Assembly (NCBI GenBank): GCA_035506195.1
Contig: DATJPV010000001.1
Location: forward strand, 1 to 60,557
DNA: 60,557 bases
Source: Patescibacteria group bacterium
GTDB taxonomy: Bacteria; Omnitrophota; Gorgyraeia; Gygaellales; Profunditerraquicolaceae
Direction: 5' to 3'
Both the position numbers and the translations under genes were made by a program. The notes below the pieces were generated by a model. It did not search any database and was not told the origin of the DNA. It saw nothing but the letters and a program-made list of their open reading frames with translations. Shown piece after piece: positions 8,956 to 18,612 of this stretch; the stretch's first letter is position 1, and each line of letters begins with the position of its first letter.

Positions 8956-10174
8956 TGCTGCCTCCCGCCTGTTGCACGAGCGCCCGGTATACTGCTTCGG
9001 GGCTAATGGCTTTCAGGCAGACATTATCGCGGCATCTTGAGTCTCTATGATTGAATACCGAAAGGCACGGCGAACAAGGCCAGTGCGAATAAAATACCCA
9101 ATTATTACCGCCGAGAGGGCCAAAGACCTGGGGTGATTCCGGGCCGAAAATGATGAATTTCTTAAGCGGGGTCAGCATCCCCAGATGCGCCAAGCCGCAG
9201 TCGTTCGAAATCAAGGCCTCTGCCAGGCTGAAGAGCTCCAAAAGCTCACCCAGGGTAGTCTGGTTCAACATGTTCACGCAGCGGCCGTTGCGTATCTGCT
9301 CCTGCAGCGCGCCTGCCTTATCGGCTGCGCCGTCGGTGCCGACAAGTACTATGCAACTGCCTTCATCTTTAAGTATGAGCTTTGATAAAACGATAAAGTT
9401 GTCAAACGGCCATTCCCTCAACGGCAACACCCCCTCCCCGGGGTTAAGCAGGAATATCTTGTATTTCTCGGGGCTGGCTCCGCGTTCCCTCAGTTTGCCG
9501 AGGAGCCTTGTCTTTGTGGCGGCATCTGATGCATATCTGGGGAAAACGATATCGGCGTCATCGCTGGCCCCGGCCAGTTCTGGCGTCGTCTTGCTGGCCC
9601 CTGCGGCGGCCTGGCTAAAAGACAGATAATTCCTGGCTATATGGCATAAAGGGTTGTACTGCACTCCGTGCGTAAGAAGGCCTCCGCGGTAAAGCCCCTC
9701 GAATGTATAGCGATAAAAACCGACTCTCTTACGAGCGCCTGTCAAATACGCGAAGAGCGCAGAAATGCGCGAAAAAAATTCCAAGTCGAATACGATATCG
9801 ATCCTTTCCCGGCGCAGGCGGTTAATAGCTTTTATGATGTCGACCGTAAAGGCACGCATGGTTTCGCGGATGCTCAGGATATTTTTTTCGGGGATGAGTG
9901 CTCCCTGCACGCTAAAGACTCCCTTGTTCCTGGCGAAGGTTACAAAAAACAGTTCCGCCTCGGGGTACTCCTTCTTGATCTTACGTACAAGAGGGTAGGC
10001 CAGGATGATGGCCCCCAATTCGGATAACTTGATGAATGCGATTTTCCTGACGGGCGCATCTTCCTGCTGCCTGTGCATCCTGAAGGGCTGCCGAACGCGA
10101 TGCGCGATGCTCGCCAAAAAACACAAAGGCACCCCTACCCAACGGTCAATTTTTCTTGCCTGCGCAACGTTCAT
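8948..10174 (-). CDS. Glycosyltransferase family 9 (heptosyltransferase-like)
   Basis: Shows the GT9 pattern: IAFIKLSELGAIILAYPLVRKIKKEYPEAELFFVT, NDCGLAHLGMLTPLKKFIIFGP, and a C-terminal Cys-rich WPCSPC...C...C tail. Confidence 0.85.
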   Translation of the reverse strand: MNVAQARKIDRWVGVPLCFLASIAHRVRQPFRMHRQQEDAPVRKIAFIKLSELGAIILAYPLVRKIKKEYPEAELFFVTFARNKGVFSVQGALIPEKNILSIRETMRAFTVDIIKAINRLRRERIDIVFDLEFFSRISALFAYLTGARKRVGFYRYTFEGLYRGGLLTHGVQYNPLCHIARNYLSFSQAAAGASKTTPELAGASDDADIVFPRYASDAATKTRLLGKLRERGASPEKYKIFLLNPGEGVLPLREWPFDNFIVLSKLILKDEGSCIVLVGTDGAADKAGALQEQIRNGRCVNMLNQTTLGELLELFSLAEALISNDCGLAHLGMLTPLKKFIIFGPESPQVFGPLGGNNWVFYSHWPCSPCLSVFNHRDSRCRDNVCLKAISPEAVYRALVQQAGGSNA

Positions 10175-10226
10175 TTCGTCTGGCTCCGTAACGCTACAGT
10201 GTGTTTCATTATACCACGGAGAGTTG

Positions 10227-12137
10227 CTATTTTCTCAGTGATTTTAGGAGTTCCAAGAAGCCGGGATTGGGCCGATAGCCAAGGGCAACCGCCTTCTCAT
10301 AAGAAGCGATCGCGGACGTATAGTCTTTCAAAAAATAGTACGCTTCCGCAAGGCCCGCATGTATCCAGGCCTGATCGGGCCCGTGTTGCAGCGCCCGGCT
10401 ATAATCGGAAACGGCTTCTGCGTATTTACCGCTGGCGTAATAGATGAAACCTCTGTGCTGATAGGGCTGTGCGCTATCGGGGTCGCGCAACAATTGCGCG
10501 GTATAGTATCTCACCCCCTCTTCACAGGTACGAGAGAACTGTTCCGCGAACCCCGGACAGCCGGGGCAGATGCGCAGCGCGCGTTTGAAATCAAGAACTG
10601 CCCTATCATACTTTTTATCGGCGCAAAAGAGGAAACCCCGGTTGTAATATGCCTGCATATACCCCGGATTTATCTTAATTGCCCGCGAATAATCTTGAAG
10701 GGCCTGGGCATTGGCACCCTGTTGCTGATATGCGAGGCCGCGATTATAGTAGCCGCCGGCATACTCCGGTGCCAAACTCAAGGCCGAGGTATAATCCCGG
10801 ACCGCTGCGTCATAGCGCCGGAGCTGTTGATACGCCAGAGCTCTTTCGTTATAGGGCCTGGCCTTGCGCGGAGACTTTGAGATCACGTCGCTCCACAGGC
10901 TTATCTCGTCTTTCCAGATAAAGTTCCTGCGCCAGGAAAGGGCCGCGCATGTAATCAATATCGAGGAAGCCGCGGCTATCGCGATCAAGGGCTTTTTTCT
11001 GGCCAGTGCGTAATAGAGGCCGGCGGCGGCCAGCAGGCTTACCCCCGCCATCGGCAGATACAGGCGGTGTTCAACGATCACGTCTAGCAGGGGCATGACA
11101 CTTGATTCCGGCAGCAGGGTAATAAAGAACCAAAAGATGCCATATGAAACGACGCGGGACCGGCGGAAGGCAACAAGCCCATACCACAGGATCAGGCATA
11201 GTATGCCCAGGCTTATCAGAGTCGGGCCATCCCCTAGGCCACGGGAGAGGGGATAATCGTAGTCGAGATTCTGATGCAAGGGCAAGCCTAACAATCTGAC
11301 GTAGGTGATCATGACGCGAAACTGGGTAAGCAGATATTGGGCGCAGTGAAAAAGCGGCTGCCCCATAAAACGCTGCATATCGGAAGCCGGCGCCCAGCTC
11401 AGGCGAGTAGATAACAGCGTCAGGGGGACAACGGGCAGCAGGCAGCAGAAAGGCACTACATAACGATAGCGGCAACGCTGTTCAGGGCGCAGGAAGTATG
11501 CGTGGTACAATACGATCATCAGGGGCAGGGTGAACATAGTCTCTTTGGTAAACATGCCGACTGCCGCCACCGTAAAACTGAGCCCGTAATACCTCCTGCC
11601 TGCAACGGGACGGCCGGCAATAACGCGCATGGCCTGGATATACAAACACAGGGACGCCAGATATAAAAAGGTAGACAGGATCGTGACGCGCTGAAAAATA
11701 TAATTGACTGCCTGGGTTTGAATAGGATGCACCAGGAACAACAAGGCGGCAAAAAGCGCCAACGGCTTGGCGTTACGCCTCAGGCCGGCGTCGTTGAGCG
11801 CAGGAGAACAGAAGCTTTGGTACGCCAAACAAAGCACCAGGCCCGCAGTCAAGATATGCAACAGGACGCTGATAAAATGGTAGCCAAAAACTGCGTCTGC
11901 CTGCAGGCGATAGGTCAAAGCAAAGGACAGGAGCCCGAAAAAACGCGTGGGCCAAAAATGCCATATGCCCCCCAGGCTCCCGCCTGGTTTGATCGCGTCA
12001 TTCTCAAGGATAAAGGCGATGTCATCAAAATGGAAAGAATTCAAAAAACTATTAGCGTACACTGCGGTACCTGCGCATAGCAGCGCAAGAAATGAAAGAA
12101 TACGCCAGTCGGTTATCCGAAACCCGCGGAATCTCAT
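10227..12137 (-). CDS. TMTC-like GT-C membrane glycosyltransferase with C-terminal TPR array
   Basis: The start is refined from the track value (12344) to the ATG at 12135-12137 (MRFRGFRITDW...). That ATG overlaps the upstream stop as ATGA and yields an N-terminus colinear with the paralogs. Motifs are SFHFDDIAFILEND, GYHFISVLLHILTAGLVL and about five TPRs. Confidence 0.8.
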   Translation of the reverse strand: MRFRGFRITDWRILSFLALLCAGTAVYANSFLNSFHFDDIAFILENDAIKPGGSLGGIWHFWPTRFFGLLSFALTYRLQADAVFGYHFISVLLHILTAGLVLCLAYQSFCSPALNDAGLRRNAKPLALFAALLFLVHPIQTQAVNYIFQRVTILSTFLYLASLCLYIQAMRVIAGRPVAGRRYYGLSFTVAAVGMFTKETMFTLPLMIVLYHAYFLRPEQRCRYRYVVPFCCLLPVVPLTLLSTRLSWAPASDMQRFMGQPLFHCAQYLLTQFRVMITYVRLLGLPLHQNLDYDYPLSRGLGDGPTLISLGILCLILWYGLVAFRRSRVVSYGIFWFFITLLPESSVMPLLDVIVEHRLYLPMAGVSLLAAAGLYYALARKKPLIAIAAASSILITCAALSWRRNFIWKDEISLWSDVISKSPRKARPYNERALAYQQLRRYDAAVRDYTSALSLAPEYAGGYYNRGLAYQQQGANAQALQDYSRAIKINPGYMQAYYNRGFLFCADKKYDRAVLDFKRALRICPGCPGFAEQFSRTCEEGVRYYTAQLLRDPDSAQPYQHRGFIYYASGKYAEAVSDYSRALQHGPDQAWIHAGLAEAYYFLKDYTSAIASYEKAVALGYRPNPGFLELLKSLRK

Positions 12138-13870
12138 TGCTTCTCCATTCCTAACACATACCTGCCTGAGATCAATGCCGCCTCGCTCGGCTCCTGGTGT
12201 ATGGCCCCCTTTGCCTTTAAAGAAGCAATTATCTGTTTCATGCTTTCTAAGTCGTCGGTTACCAACACCGGGGCAAAGCCGCCGCGGCTGCGGTTGGCCA
12301 TACACAGAAGGTCCGACGTCAAGTCCTCGGGGTTCGTAAAACAAAGGATAGGCCTGCTGCCTGCGTAGTATTCGATAATCGGATGGATCTGGGGGTAGCC
12401 GGGCACGTATTCCGGAGCCAGAAAAGCGTGGAACCCTTTAAAGCTGAAAATGACGTGGTCGGAATCGGCCAGAAACGAACGCAGTGCCTTTGCCAGCAGC
12501 ACATCGGGATGCTTCCTGAGTTTTGCCCGGTCAAATACCGGGTCCCGGGCCATACAGAAAAAAGAATGCCAGAATAAAACGAGGGCAAAACCGAACAAGA
12601 ACAGGTGCCCGGCAGCGGCGGCGTGCCGCACCGATGGGCCGGTGCCGGGAAGCGGACGATACGCCCCTCGCAACCAGGCCTGGGCCTGTCTCCAGAAGGC
12701 CCAGGTCGCTGCGGCCGCCAAAAGAGCGGCTGCGGGGGCCAGCTGCCTGATCTGGTAGCGCATGGCTGCCCCAAACGGAACTACGGCCAGAAAAGCCGCG
12801 GCGCAGGCCGACAAGAGCGCCAAGAGTCTCCAGGAAGGCAATTCCGAAACCGTGCTATCACGGTGCGTAAAGAATGCCAGGTGGAGCAGGTACAAAACAG
12901 CCAGCAGCACAAGTAATACTACAGGACGATAAAGCGCATTCAATGCCCCTGTCGCAGCATAAAAAAACAAAACAGGCAAGTTGGTTATGCCAGCAGACCA
13001 CCCTCCTCTTCGCGCAAAGGCATCTGCCAGGTCCGTCAGCGCATCGGCAATGCCCAGATACCATGCGTTCTGTAGTAATTTAATACCGCCGGCAACCAGC
13101 ACAGCGGCAGCAAAAGAACAATACCACCTCCAACGAAATCGGCGCAGCTCCAGCAGATCCCAACCGATAAGCCAGACATAGCTGAACAGGATCGAATCCA
13201 GGCTCGAAAGGGACATGATGAAGAAAATGAGCCAGGCGCAGGCCCCGTAGACCTTGCGGTGCTGCGGCGCGCCTGCCCGGGTAGAAAGAACGACGGCGAG
13301 CATAAAAGAAAACCGTAATATGTCATCCACCGGCTGAGTAGCCAGGCTGTCCGCATAACCTAAGAATGCCCCTGACATGCCGTAAAAAAAAGCAGCCAGA
13401 ACAGCTACGGCAGGACAGGCGATCTTTACAAACAACACATACATTAGAATAAGGGCACCAAGGGACAAAAGTACCGAAAGCGCCCTTAAAAAAAAGATCC
13501 GCTCCAGTCCTGCCGTGTATAACAAAGCGTACGGAATAAGGTAGCCGCAAGGGTAATGCGTGTACCATAGGCGAGGGCCGACGCGCGGCGAGGTACCTGG
13601 AGCAATGCCGTGGGCATGATGCCGCAGGGGCGGCTCATCGAGCGCTCTGACGCAAGAGGCGTATCCTTGCGGAATGAACAAAAGCTTGTGCGCAAGCCAT
13701 CCGTCTCTTTGCCACTGGTGCAGAGAAAGCATAGTCTGCGCATCTCCCGGCCCCCAATCGCTCCAACGGTATTCGTCGCAGGCCCGGAATAAAAGAAAAA
13801 TCAGTAGGCAGGCAAAAAACACGGCGGCAACCCTATGCCACGTCCTTGCCGGTACGTCATCGTTTATCAT
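12134..13870 (-). CDS. Polytopic integral membrane protein with a C-terminal soluble domain; possible GT-C-type transferase
   Basis: 578 aa with at least 10 hydrophobic segments and an acidic first loop (CDEYRWSDWGPGD). I recognise no family-defining motif. The gene is markedly more GC-rich than its neighbours, and coding is supported by the ATGA coupling downstream. Confidence 0.55.
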   Translation of the reverse strand: MINDDVPARTWHRVAAVFFACLLIFLLFRACDEYRWSDWGPGDAQTMLSLHQWQRDGWLAHKLLFIPQGYASCVRALDEPPLRHHAHGIAPGTSPRVGPRLWYTHYPCGYLIPYALLYTAGLERIFFLRALSVLLSLGALILMYVLFVKIACPAVAVLAAFFYGMSGAFLGYADSLATQPVDDILRFSFMLAVVLSTRAGAPQHRKVYGACAWLIFFIMSLSSLDSILFSYVWLIGWDLLELRRFRWRWYCSFAAAVLVAGGIKLLQNAWYLGIADALTDLADAFARRGGWSAGITNLPVLFFYAATGALNALYRPVVLLVLLAVLYLLHLAFFTHRDSTVSELPSWRLLALLSACAAAFLAVVPFGAAMRYQIRQLAPAAALLAAAATWAFWRQAQAWLRGAYRPLPGTGPSVRHAAAAGHLFLFGFALVLFWHSFFCMARDPVFDRAKLRKHPDVLLAKALRSFLADSDHVIFSFKGFHAFLAPEYVPGYPQIHPIIEYYAGSRPILCFTNPEDLTSDLLCMANRSRGGFAPVLVTDDLESMKQIIASLKAKGAIHQEPSEAALISGRYVLGMEKQ

Positions 13871-13887
13871 GTCAGCTCACCGCCATC

Positions 13888-15906
13888 TCAATGTTGTCTC
13901 CCGGAAGCCTGCTGCAGCCGCTGGATAAACTCGGGGTCAAGCCTTCTGTCCAGCTCCTCTACCCTGCGCACATCCAACCAGCTCTTCTCGTAGTCTTTTA
14001 TGAAGAAATACGCCACCGCCCGATAGGCATACGCCCACATCGCTTTCGGATCCATCTGTATTGCCTTATTGTAATCCGCGATCGCCTGATCAAAGTCCGC
14101 TTTCATGCCGTACACCAATCCTCGATAGATATAGGCCTCGACATAGCCGGGACGAACGGCGATAGCCCGGTTGTAATCGGCGATAGCCATATCTAACGAT
14201 CCTCTTGTCCGATACACGCCGGCTCGGTTATAGTATGCCTCAGACAAAGACGGATCAAGAAGGACGGCCTTGTTGTAATCGGAAAGGGCCGGGGCCAAAG
14301 AACCCTTAGCCTGATAGGCGTTCCCCCGGTTGTTATACGCCCTGGCGTAGCCGGTATTGATGCGCAGCGCCTGATCGTAATCTGCGATAGCTTCGTCAAG
14401 CCTGCCCTGTCTTCTAAAGAGGACGCCGCGACTGTTATATGCTTCGCTGCACGAAGGGTTTATGGTAATAGCCTGGCTATAATCCGAAATAGCCTGCTCA
14501 AGTTGTCCGCTGCCGGCGTACAGGTTTCCCCGGCCCATGTACGCCAGGATCGAACGCGGGGCGACGGCAATCGCCTTGTTAAAATCAGAAAGCGCCTCCC
14601 TGGTCTTACCCTTATTGTAATACGCATTCCCCCGGATAATATATCCTCTTTCTTTTTGCGGAGATTTATCGACTACATCGGTCCAGAGGCTAATCTCGTC
14701 TTTCCAAACAACGTTTCTGCGCCAGGTCAATACCGAATACCAACAGATGAGCACGGCAACAACGGCGACCGTCCATTTCCAGTTCCGGCGCGCCAAGAGA
14801 CGGTAAAGTACGCTTACCATCACTATGCCGTAGCCGAAGATCCCCAGGTAGAGGCGGTGCTCGAAGATGACATCGGCAAGGGGGAAGATACTGGAATCCG
14901 GAGACAGCGATAGGAAAAACCACAGTATGCCGAAGGAAACCAGCCGATGCCTGGCAAATAACCTCTTCGCAGCGGCGAGCCACGAAACGACCACCAGGAG
15001 GCTAGCCAGGGTCGGAAAATCCAGCAGGGTCTTTGTGATCGCGTAATCGTAATCGAAGTTTTGATGCACAGGCAATACCAGCAGCCGCATATAAGTAACC
15101 ATAACCCGCAGCTGGGTCAAAAAATAATACCCCATCGCGCGCAAGGCGCTCTGATATTGCATGAGTTTGTGCACATCGTCGAACGTCACCGGCTTGGCAT
15201 ACGCCATCAGCATGGGGATGACGGGCAGCAAGATGAAAAACGGCAGGACATACCGCCACGCAAACGGTCTTTTCTCCTTGAAAAAACATATCTCGAACAA
15301 CAATACGGCAAACGGCAAAGTCACGGCATTTTCTTTGGTAATCATACAGACCGCTGCGATGCACCAGGAGAATGGGTACCAGGGCACCGTTGCGCAGCCT
15401 TTGATGCGCCGCAGGCACGCTAGCGCATAACAGCAGAGTGCGGCCAAATAAAAGAAGCCCGCCAGCTCCGTTGCCCGCTCGTGGATATAGGTCACTGATT
15501 CTGTCTGGAGCGGATGGGACAGAAATACCAAGGCCACAAGCAGAGAAAGCGTGCCGGCGTGCTGCGAAAAGGCCTCCTTTTCCATGGCGGGGCTGGCGCA
15601 TATCAGTTGCAACAGGCGCCATACCAATAGCGCCGAACCAATGTGAATAAGCACATTGATAAGGTGGTAGCCCTGCACATCCAGTTGTCCGAACCGGTAA
15701 TTAACGGCGAACGTCAGGTAGGTGACAAAACGCGTGGGCCAAAAATACCACATGCCGGCCAGGCTAGACAGGTCCTTGATACGGGTATTGGTAATGATGG
15801 AGTAGCCGTCATCAAAATGAAAGGCTGCCTGAAAGGTGTTGAGGTAGGCCAACACCCCGACGCAGCCGATGAGCATGACCCCCAGAAGCTTTCGAGAAAC
15901 CGTCAT
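13888..15906 (-). CDS. TMTC-like GT-C membrane glycosyltransferase with seven very regular C-terminal TPRs
   Basis: Contains AFHFDDGYSIITNT and GYHLINVLIHIGSALLVW, a polytopic core, and seven 34-aa repeats of the form AY-NRG--Y---G----AI-DY--AI---P. Confidence 0.8.
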   Translation of the reverse strand: MTVSRKLLGVMLIGCVGVLAYLNTFQAAFHFDDGYSIITNTRIKDLSSLAGMWYFWPTRFVTYLTFAVNYRFGQLDVQGYHLINVLIHIGSALLVWRLLQLICASPAMEKEAFSQHAGTLSLLVALVFLSHPLQTESVTYIHERATELAGFFYLAALCCYALACLRRIKGCATVPWYPFSWCIAAVCMITKENAVTLPFAVLLFEICFFKEKRPFAWRYVLPFFILLPVIPMLMAYAKPVTFDDVHKLMQYQSALRAMGYYFLTQLRVMVTYMRLLVLPVHQNFDYDYAITKTLLDFPTLASLLVVVSWLAAAKRLFARHRLVSFGILWFFLSLSPDSSIFPLADVIFEHRLYLGIFGYGIVMVSVLYRLLARRNWKWTVAVVAVLICWYSVLTWRRNVVWKDEISLWTDVVDKSPQKERGYIIRGNAYYNKGKTREALSDFNKAIAVAPRSILAYMGRGNLYAGSGQLEQAISDYSQAITINPSCSEAYNSRGVLFRRQGRLDEAIADYDQALRINTGYARAYNNRGNAYQAKGSLAPALSDYNKAVLLDPSLSEAYYNRAGVYRTRGSLDMAIADYNRAIAVRPGYVEAYIYRGLVYGMKADFDQAIADYNKAIQMDPKAMWAYAYRAVAYFFIKDYEKSWLDVRRVEELDRRLDPEFIQRLQQASGRQH

Positions 15907-15912
15907 CTAGTT

Positions 15913-17055
15913 TTATTCCATTAGTTTGAGTCTTTTGATTTCTCCCAAAAGCAACTGCGACTCGATTTCGGTGGCGGCATCGCTGGGGTGGATATCATCC
16001 AAAAAATATGTCTCATTTTTAGGGATGCCCTTTTCTAGGTCCACAAGCGGCACATTCAGCTCACTGGCCACCCTTACGATGGCGCGATTGAATAGGTCCA
16101 TGCCGTACTCCATCGATTCCACGTCGGGATATGCGCCGTTTTGGCTGCAGTGCAGAGGCGCAAAATAGAGTCGCGCCTTTTCGCTGTCACTAAGATTTTT
16201 GTTGTAAATATACGGCTGGGTGGCAACTAACACCCGCACGTTATCTTCGCGGATCAACCTGATCAACCGCTTCAGGTTCTCTTCAAAAACCGGCAGGCTT
16301 TGGAACTGGCGTATGGCAGCCGGATGGTTAAGCCTTCTTACCTTCTCTGAAAAATCAGGGTCTTCGCCGTCTATGTGGGCAAGCTGCGCAGGGTCAGGCG
16401 CAAAAAGCATGTTTTTTATCTTTTTGTAAAGCAGGAATTCGGTGAACGGGAAATATTTAACGCGGGTCCGCTCCAGCCCCACGACCGGCCCGAGATAATG
16501 CGAATAGTCCCGCCTGAACGTATCCCCCGGCCGGCACCACCATTCAGGAGCAAAACTCCGGAACAGGTCGTTTACCGCGTGCATAATAATCACCAGCTGC
16601 GGCTTATAATAACGCACGTAAAAAAGATACCTGATAATCGAGTGCTCCGTCGAATACCAATCACAGGCCGCATTTTCGACTTGTATCTTCCTGTACGGAT
16701 ACTCCTGCCTCAGTTTTTTCTGGAGTTTTGCCGGATAGGTCTGTTCGTAGGGAAGCGTGTAGCTATAACTGGTTGAGCCGCCAAGCACGAATATCCGGTA
16801 GGTATCCGGATCGTCGCTTACCGGGTCTCCGCGGAAAGAATCCGCGTTGACATGCAGGTCGCGGTCGAATTGCGGATACCGTTTAGGCCGTATCTGCAGA
16901 AACGGGTCTACCTCAAAAAAGCCGTAGCGGCGGTGAGTGATCAAGCGGACCTTAAGGTACTGTTGAACCTGCAAGAATATTTCGCCCAGCGTCCCCGCGA
17001 CGATGAGCAGAAAAATAACCAGTAACACCCGGAATTTCTTTTTGTGAGTACTCAT
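15913..17055 (-). CDS. Membrane-anchored SGNH/GDSL-like hydrolase
   Basis: N-terminal TM helix (VLLVIFLLIVAGTLGEIF). Block I is IFVLGGSTSYS, block III is IIMHAVNDL and block V is FLDDIHPSD. Confidence 0.65.
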   Translation of the reverse strand: MSTHKKKFRVLLVIFLLIVAGTLGEIFLQVQQYLKVRLITHRRYGFFEVDPFLQIRPKRYPQFDRDLHVNADSFRGDPVSDDPDTYRIFVLGGSTSYSYTLPYEQTYPAKLQKKLRQEYPYRKIQVENAACDWYSTEHSIIRYLFYVRYYKPQLVIIMHAVNDLFRSFAPEWWCRPGDTFRRDYSHYLGPVVGLERTRVKYFPFTEFLLYKKIKNMLFAPDPAQLAHIDGEDPDFSEKVRRLNHPAAIRQFQSLPVFEENLKRLIRLIREDNVRVLVATQPYIYNKNLSDSEKARLYFAPLHCSQNGAYPDVESMEYGMDLFNRAIVRVASELNVPLVDLEKGIPKNETYFLDDIHPSDAATEIESQLLLGEIKRLKLME

Positions 17056-17103
17056 CCTACATGCCCCTCCTGTATATGTCCCTGTTACGCCAACAGCCTA
17101 AAG

Positions 17104-18603
17104 TCACAGCGGCCGTACCCGGATTGCCCTGGTCGGCCGGACCGGACACTTATTCTGGCAAATCCCGCAGCCAATACATAATTGAGCCTCTACATACGGT
17201 TTAAGTACTGCGGGGCCGTACAGCGAATCCTCCTGGAGCTTGATTGCTTTACTGGAGACCGGACAATGCTCCTGGCAGACGATGCACTGCTCATGGCGCG
17301 CCCAGGGCAGGCACATTGCACGGTCTATAACGGCCAAACCCAAAGATGTCCTATGTTTTTGTTCCACCGAAAGCGACGGGATTGCCTGCGTAGGGCATAC
17401 TTTGCCACAGAGAGTACAGCTGTATTCGCAATAACCTGTCTCGGGCACAAGCTGCGGCGTCCAGAGGCCGGCAATACCGGTCTGCAGCATTACCGGCTGC
17501 AGGCCGTTGGTAATACAAACCTTCATACAATTGCCGCAGCGTATACAGCGGTCCAGGAATTCCTTCTCCGGAGGCGCTCCGGGAGGTCTGATGACCGCCC
17601 GCCTTGTCGCATCGAGCGTCTCCTCCCCTCTGAACCGGGCCCCTAACGCCAGAAGCAGCGAACAGGCCAAGAATAAAAAATCGCGGCGATTGATCCCCGC
17701 GCCCCCTGAAGGCGCCGGCTTAGTTTCCGCGGAAGGCAAAAACGACCACTGAAACCGGGTGGCCTGCACAGGGCAATCGTAGAGGCAATCGAGACAAAGG
17801 ATACACTCCCCTTTTATGTAACTGGCATCATCCTTTATGGCTCCCATACGGCAGCGGCTTTTGCATTGTCGACAATGCGTGCAGCTTGTCACCGCACGGC
17901 CCAGAAGCGCAACGGAAGCGAAAAACGCATACAGTGCGCCCAGGGGACAGAGCGCGCGACACCAAAAACGTTTCAATACGGCTGACGTCCCTACCACAAA
18001 AATGAAAAAGAGCAAAATAATAAAAGAATGAGAAAAATAGTAGATATTGACCCCCAGGAGGGATGCTTTCAGCGCCCGATACAGGTCAAGAACTCCCCCC
18101 GTCCAACCAAGATCCCTCACCAGGAAAACAAACGCCTTATTCATGGCAAAGGTCAATCCGGGGATGAGATTAAGGGAAACAGACCTTGCCATAATGACCA
18201 TGGGGTCAAAGACCCAGGCTAGTTGTATGCCGAATACGGCGCATACAAGTATTATCAACAAGATGTAAAACTTAACCGAACGCATGCGCCTGTTATGCGC
18301 GTCGCTGACATCGGATCTTTTACGGTTCAGCAGACCGGCGGCATCGATACAGGCACCTAAAGGGCATACCCAGCCGCAAAAAAATCTTCCCACTGCCAAG
18401 GTAAGCAACAATAGGCAGGCCGATACCGCAAGCCCCGACAGCAACAGGCGGCCGCTTAAGGAGACTGCCGCCATGATGAGGGGGTCAAGCGTAAAAAAAG
18501 TCTCGGGCGGCAGAAGCCCTTTCAGGGGATAGGTAGTAGACCAGAGGATATATACAAACAGACACAGAAAAAAAGCCTGAGAAAGTCTCCGCAAGATGGC
18601 CAT
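17104..18603 (-). CDS. NapH-like membrane ferredoxin fused to a NapG/MauM-like 4x[4Fe-4S] ferredoxin (polyferredoxin)
   Basis: The N-terminal half has TM helices with two CX3CP motifs (CGWVCPLGA, CRALCPLGA) and two ferredoxin motifs (CTHCRQCKSRC, CILCLDCLYDCP). An internal INRRDFLFLACSLLLALGA segment follows. The C-terminal half is colinear with NapG: VIRPPGA...CIRCGNCMKVC, CEYSCTLCGKVCP, CIVCQEHCP, CIGCGICQNKCP. Confidence 0.8.
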   Translation of the reverse strand: MAILRRLSQAFFLCLFVYILWSTTYPLKGLLPPETFFTLDPLIMAAVSLSGRLLLSGLAVSACLLLLTLAVGRFFCGWVCPLGACIDAAGLLNRKRSDVSDAHNRRMRSVKFYILLIILVCAVFGIQLAWVFDPMVIMARSVSLNLIPGLTFAMNKAFVFLVRDLGWTGGVLDLYRALKASLLGVNIYYFSHSFIILLFFIFVVGTSAVLKRFWCRALCPLGALYAFFASVALLGRAVTSCTHCRQCKSRCRMGAIKDDASYIKGECILCLDCLYDCPVQATRFQWSFLPSAETKPAPSGGAGINRRDFLFLACSLLLALGARFRGEETLDATRRAVIRPPGAPPEKEFLDRCIRCGNCMKVCITNGLQPVMLQTGIAGLWTPQLVPETGYCEYSCTLCGKVCPTQAIPSLSVEQKHRTSLGLAVIDRAMCLPWARHEQCIVCQEHCPVSSKAIKLQEDSLYGPAVLKPYVEAQLCIGCGICQNKCPVRPTRAIRVRPL

Positions 18604-18612
18604 AGACGACGG

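Noticed and set aside
10227-12344. N-terminal extensions suggested by the longest-ORF coordinates (10227..12344, 47213..48799, 53199..54239, 20353..20559, 22202..22780).
   Set aside because: The extensions overlap the upstream genes by 90-210 nt, are not colinear with paralogs, or start at non-ATG codons. Internal ATGs with stop-start coupling or a good SD give family-typical N-termini.
12319-13792. A cluster of 60-150-aa ORFs on both strands across the 12.3-13.8 kb region.
   Set aside because: They are an artefact of locally very high GC, which leaves few stop codons in any frame. A single 578-aa polytopic protein with ATGA coupling explains the region.
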